From: Azolla caroliniana
Taxonomy: Eukaryota; Plantae; Polypodiophyta
DNA: 64,000 nucleotides
Assembly: GCA_043228905.1 (NCBI GenBank)
Contig: JBHGNT010000001.1
Location: forward strand, 24,304,001-24,368,000
Reading direction: 5' to 3'
Part shown: positions 60,124 through 64,000 of the stretch, piece after piece
How the letters are laid out: every line of letters starts with the position of its first letter
Position numbering within the stretch: position 1 is the stretch's first letter
The notes under the pieces: generated by a model
Told to the model about the DNA's origin: nothing
Databases searched by the model: none
What the model saw: the letters and a program-made list of their open reading frames with translations, nothing else
Made by a program: the position numbers and the translations under genes

Positions 60124-61919
60124 GAAATGTTTCCCAACAAACTCCCCCTTCACTACGGCATGGGGTACTTATCCAATCTGACACTTTCTCGGCACAAATT
60201 CAGCTTCTCGCCCGACAGTACCTTCATTAGCATGTTTGACTCGTTGTCGTTCATGTGGATCTTTACCAAAGAAAAATCCCTTTCTTCTACTCGCTCTCAG
60301 AGCCAATGGTATCTTCTTTGGATGTGCTTGGTCCTCGAATGGTAGACGGCATTTTTCGCAAGGTGGATGACACTCTGGTTATCGCAATGGAATCGTAATT
60401 CCTCTTGCCGAATTCCCAACGCTCCAATGAACTCCCTCATCCAAATCACATCCTTGCTAGCTTCCATGGTCGACAACACCACAGCCTTCTGCAGCCTCGA
60501 CTACCATGCAACAACTACCCCTACATACATCATTACATATCCGGACGTCGATCGGCTGGTATTCACATAAGCCGACATGTCCAAATCCATATAACCTTCC
60601 AATGTGGGGCCACTCGAGCCGAATCAAATACACACGTTTGAGGTGCCTCTCAGGTATTGAAGTATCCATTTAACTGCAGCTTAATGCTCTCTTCCGAGAT
60701 TGCTCATATATCGGCTAACCACTTTGATTGCATATGCAATGTCCAGCCTTGTCTACACCATTTCATACATCAAGCTTATGACTGCAAAGGCATAAAGGAC
60801 TTTTCACATCTCGGCCTTCTCGGTTTTGATTTCGGACATTGACTTTCGCTCAGCTTACATTTTGTCGGCAGTGTCGAGCCGACTGATTTTGCGCTTTCCA
60901 GCTGAGTCTCTGGAGCACTTTTGTCACATACTTCTCCTATGACAACCATAACAATTTCTTTGTTCGATCCCGAATAATTTTCATTCCTAGGATTTGTTTT
61001 ATCAGACCCATATCTTTCATCGAGAACGACCTACTCAAGGCCTTCTTCAAACTTCCAATTTTCCTCGGGTCCTGTTCGATAATCGGCATGTCATCCACAT
61101 AGAACTGGAGGATGAGAAAATCTCATCCATCATACTTCTTGACAAAGACGCAGTGATCATCCCGTGTCTTGTCGAAACTGTGATCCACCATGAAAGATTC
61201 AAACTTTCGCTACCAGTGCCGAGGTGCTACTTCAATCCATACAAGCTCTTTCTCAATCGGCATACTAGGTTTTCTTCACCTTTTTCTTCGAATCGTTTTG
61301 GCTGGTGCATGTATATCTCTTCCTCCAAATCTTCATGAAAGAAGGCCACGTTGATGTCTAGTTGCTCGACTTAGAGATCCATGCTAGCTTCGATGCTCAG
61401 CAATGTTCGGATTGACATCATCTTCATGACCGGGGCAAATATTTCATCAAAATCGACACCCTTCTTCTGCTGAAAGCCTTTCACGACAATTCATGCTTTG
61501 TACTTGGGTGGATTCCTGTTATCTCTCAGTTTTAACTTGTATACCCATTTATTCCGTACTGCCTTCTTCCCTTTCGGCAACTCGGTCATTTTGTATGTGT
61601 GAATCTTATGCAAGGAATGCATCTCCTCTTGCATTGCACTTAACAACTTTCGGCTCTGGGTATCATGCTTAGCTTCTTCAAAGCTTTCCGGCACCCCCCT
61701 CATCATTTAACAATACATGTTCTTCATCCGGAAATCTCTAGGTGGGCCTTCTCTCTCGCAGGGGATATCTTCGGCCTCCATTCGGCACAGTCGTACTTCT
61801 TCGACTTCTTCGGCTGAGACGAATTTGGTTCCTTGTTCGGCCGGTTCCCCTCGTTCTTCAGTCGATTCTCGATTTTGCGGAGTATTAAATCGGTTGTTTT
61901 TTAGCATTAGTGCCTTACG

Positions 61920-61946
61920 CCCCCCCCCCCCCCCCCCCCCCCCCCC
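61920..61946. repeat. Poly-C tract (27 nt)
   Basis: Direct read; lies within a short non-Copia insert in the INT-RT linker. Confidence 0.85.
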
Positions 61947-62465
61947 GAAACCATTACTATCATGGATGTAACCAAGACTTGGATTTGGATCGAATCGCCT
62001 TCTTCTCGATTCGGCCGAGCATAGACTCTACTCAATTGAGTAGTTGGAGACTTATTCTCAATCTCCCAATCGACAATCGTCTTCTCTTCCATGAAGACGA
62101 TGTCTCGACTCCTAATCACCTTCTTTTTGGCTAAGTCCCATAGACAATATCCGAATTCATCATCGTCGTAGCCGAGAAATATGCATGGCCAAGTTTTCGA
62201 ATCCAATTTCCCCCTTCGGTCCTTTGCCACATGCACATAGGCAAGACAACCGAACACCCTCAGATATCGGTATGAGACGTCCTAGCCGCCCCACGTACTT
62301 TCTGGAATATCACCATCCAAGGGTACTGAGGGTGATCGGTTTATCACATATGTTGTCGTTATCAATGCCTCAGCCCATAACGTCTTCGGTAACTTTGCAT
62401 GTGCAAGCATACTTCAGACCCTCTCTATTACGGTCTGGTCCATTCTCTCTGCCAGCCCGTTAAGC

Positions 62466-64000
62466 TATGGAGCCGGATTTTGGGTTTTTGACTAATTTTG
62501 GCTAGCCGACTCTCGTTTTGACCTTTTCGGTCGATTTCGGCCAACTGACTTTGATTTCATCTTTTTGACCGATTTTGGCCAACCGACTCTCGTTCCGGCC
62601 TTTTCGGTTGATTTCGGCGAATCGACTCTTGTTTCGTCTTTCTAACCGATTTCGGCCAGCAGACTCTCCCACAAGGAGGGACAATCTTCCATAACACAAT
62701 TGACTTACCACAAAGCCAAGTCATTACTTAAAAAGTTGTATTTTCATCATTATACTTTTTCATATGTAAATTATCATACATCAGAGCTTGAATGAGTGAC
62801 ATGGTTATCATGCATCACATGTAATGCATGCACACGAAATGGCAAACATGCGTCGCATGCATTTCATGCATTACATGCATTGTATGCATGTCTTGCACGG
62901 TCACATGCATCATATGCATGGGGGCATCTATAAAAGAGTGCAAGAAAAAGAAAAGGGGGATGAATCAAGGAATCAAAGCAAGTTATGTACTGAATCAAGG
63001 AAACAATAATAGAAATCTAGTTATCCTATTGGTGATGTATCTTGCCTCTAAAAATTGAAGTCAAGGGTTCAATCTCTATATCAATCTCTCTCTCTCAATA
63101 TGTCTCATAATTGGAATCTCCGTCTCTCAATCTCTCTGTATCTATCTTAAATTCTTTCTTGCTAAAGCTAGTACAACCTTCGAATCCTTCCGGTCTAGGA
63201 CCCCGATGGTCCCGCTTCATTTTGTGAACACGCGAGGATTTCCTCGACATCTTTCTTCATGAACCTGACGTGAAGAAGCGGTAGGAAGGATCAAGGTGAG
63301 GATCGACTAATACTTGGAGATGACATCCTGAAGCAGTCAAGCGGGAGAGTTTGAAAGGATGATGATAATCGTCAAACAAATAAGGAGAACCTAGGGCAAT
63401 GATGCAAGCATCGAGAAGGTTGTCGATCGTATCGTGGAGATCGTGGGTCAATTTGATGGAAGGAACATTATGAAGTTCCTTGAGGCATATAAAGGGAGAT
63501 GAAGCAGGGGGACATGTCTAAAGCACGTCCAATCTCAAGTTTCAAGAGAGTTGTCGCCAACAACGTCCAAAGACGGGTCATTGAGCTTCGAGAAGGGAAG
63601 ACGACATGATCCAAGTTCGAGAAAGCAATATTAGCGGAGTTCATGATAGAATATTTTGTCGTGGATGACTCGACATGACTTGATGAAGTGGATAGAGAAG
63701 AAATATAAGAGGATGAGCGGCTCGAGGGTGTACGACAAGTTCGACCAGATGTTTCGTCGTCTCCCCACCACGGATCAAGTGCTGCATGAGGAGGACAATA
63801 CTTTGTACTACCTGAAAGCTCTGGATATGAAGGATAAACAAGAACTGAGGACTCTCCTTGAAGATGATACCCAAGCGAACGAGCTTGTGGCAGACTGGAT
63901 TGCGGTGAAGCGAGCGTGCAACAGGCTCGACTAGGGTCATGAATGGGTTGATGACACTGACTTGGTAGGATTGAGCGGGGGAAAAACGAGACAACCGAAA
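62466..64000 (+). mobile_element. Gypsy-4 (Gypsy-2 relative): 5' LTR to about 63249, degenerate Trp PBS, gag start; runs off the window
   Basis: LTR homologous to the reverse complement of 31799-32300; ..CCTCGACA end; TGAACCTGACGTGA; gag homologous to 37950-38460; ~39-bp repeats at 62505-62668; left boundary approximate. Confidence 0.85.

Larger units (their letters stand above)
58706..62465 (-). mobile_element. Copia-D (Copia-B relative): 3' LTR 58706-60139 and degenerate INT-RT-RH
   Basis: PPT GTGAAGGGGGAGTT at 60140-60153; LTR motif matches Copia-B; HSRTKHIQRRYHWL, VRNKWVYKLK, FGCLAYVHVAKDRRGKLD; left LTR end inferred from TG only. Confidence 0.85.

Noticed and set aside
60111-60162. CATGCCCGTA/TACGGCATG stem around the Copia-D PPT
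   Set aside because: The left arm belongs to the fold-back insertion; the genuine partner is CCCATCCGGAG at 59242-59252

Overview
This is eukaryotic, gene-free heterochromatin built almost entirely of nested, decayed transposable elements. The host is a land plant; a non-seed plant is inferred from the Tcn1-like chromovirus and the tRNA-Trp-primed Gypsy lineage. Two LTR-retrotransposon nests are resolved by target-site duplications (TSDs). Nest 1 (1.3-22.2 kb): Copia-A > chromovirus > pol-less Trp-primed Gypsy > Copia-A > Copia-B. Nest 2 (25.4-44.8 kb): Trp-Gypsy > Copia-B > Copia-A solo LTR > Trp-Gypsy. Between them (22.7-25.2 kb) lies a mosaic of captured host-gene fragments (RRM, ABCB transporter, DCD domain). 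The right third holds Copia-C, an L1-like LINE interrupted by an unclassified two-gene TIR transposon, and Copia-D. The Copia-D LTR carries an 865-bp fold-back element made of two inverted LTR-like arms with TG..CA ends and a 5-bp TSD. Other notable signals are a covarying G_GAU_UUU + hairpin -1 frameshift placed after the protease, tRNA-like A/B-box modules inside the LTRs of several families, an inverted repeat enclosing the PPT in every LTR family with an intact PPT, and 4-bp RCGT TSDs for the Trp-primed Gypsy lineage. Family names (Copia-A..D, Gypsy-1..4) are my working labels. All alignments were done by eye.
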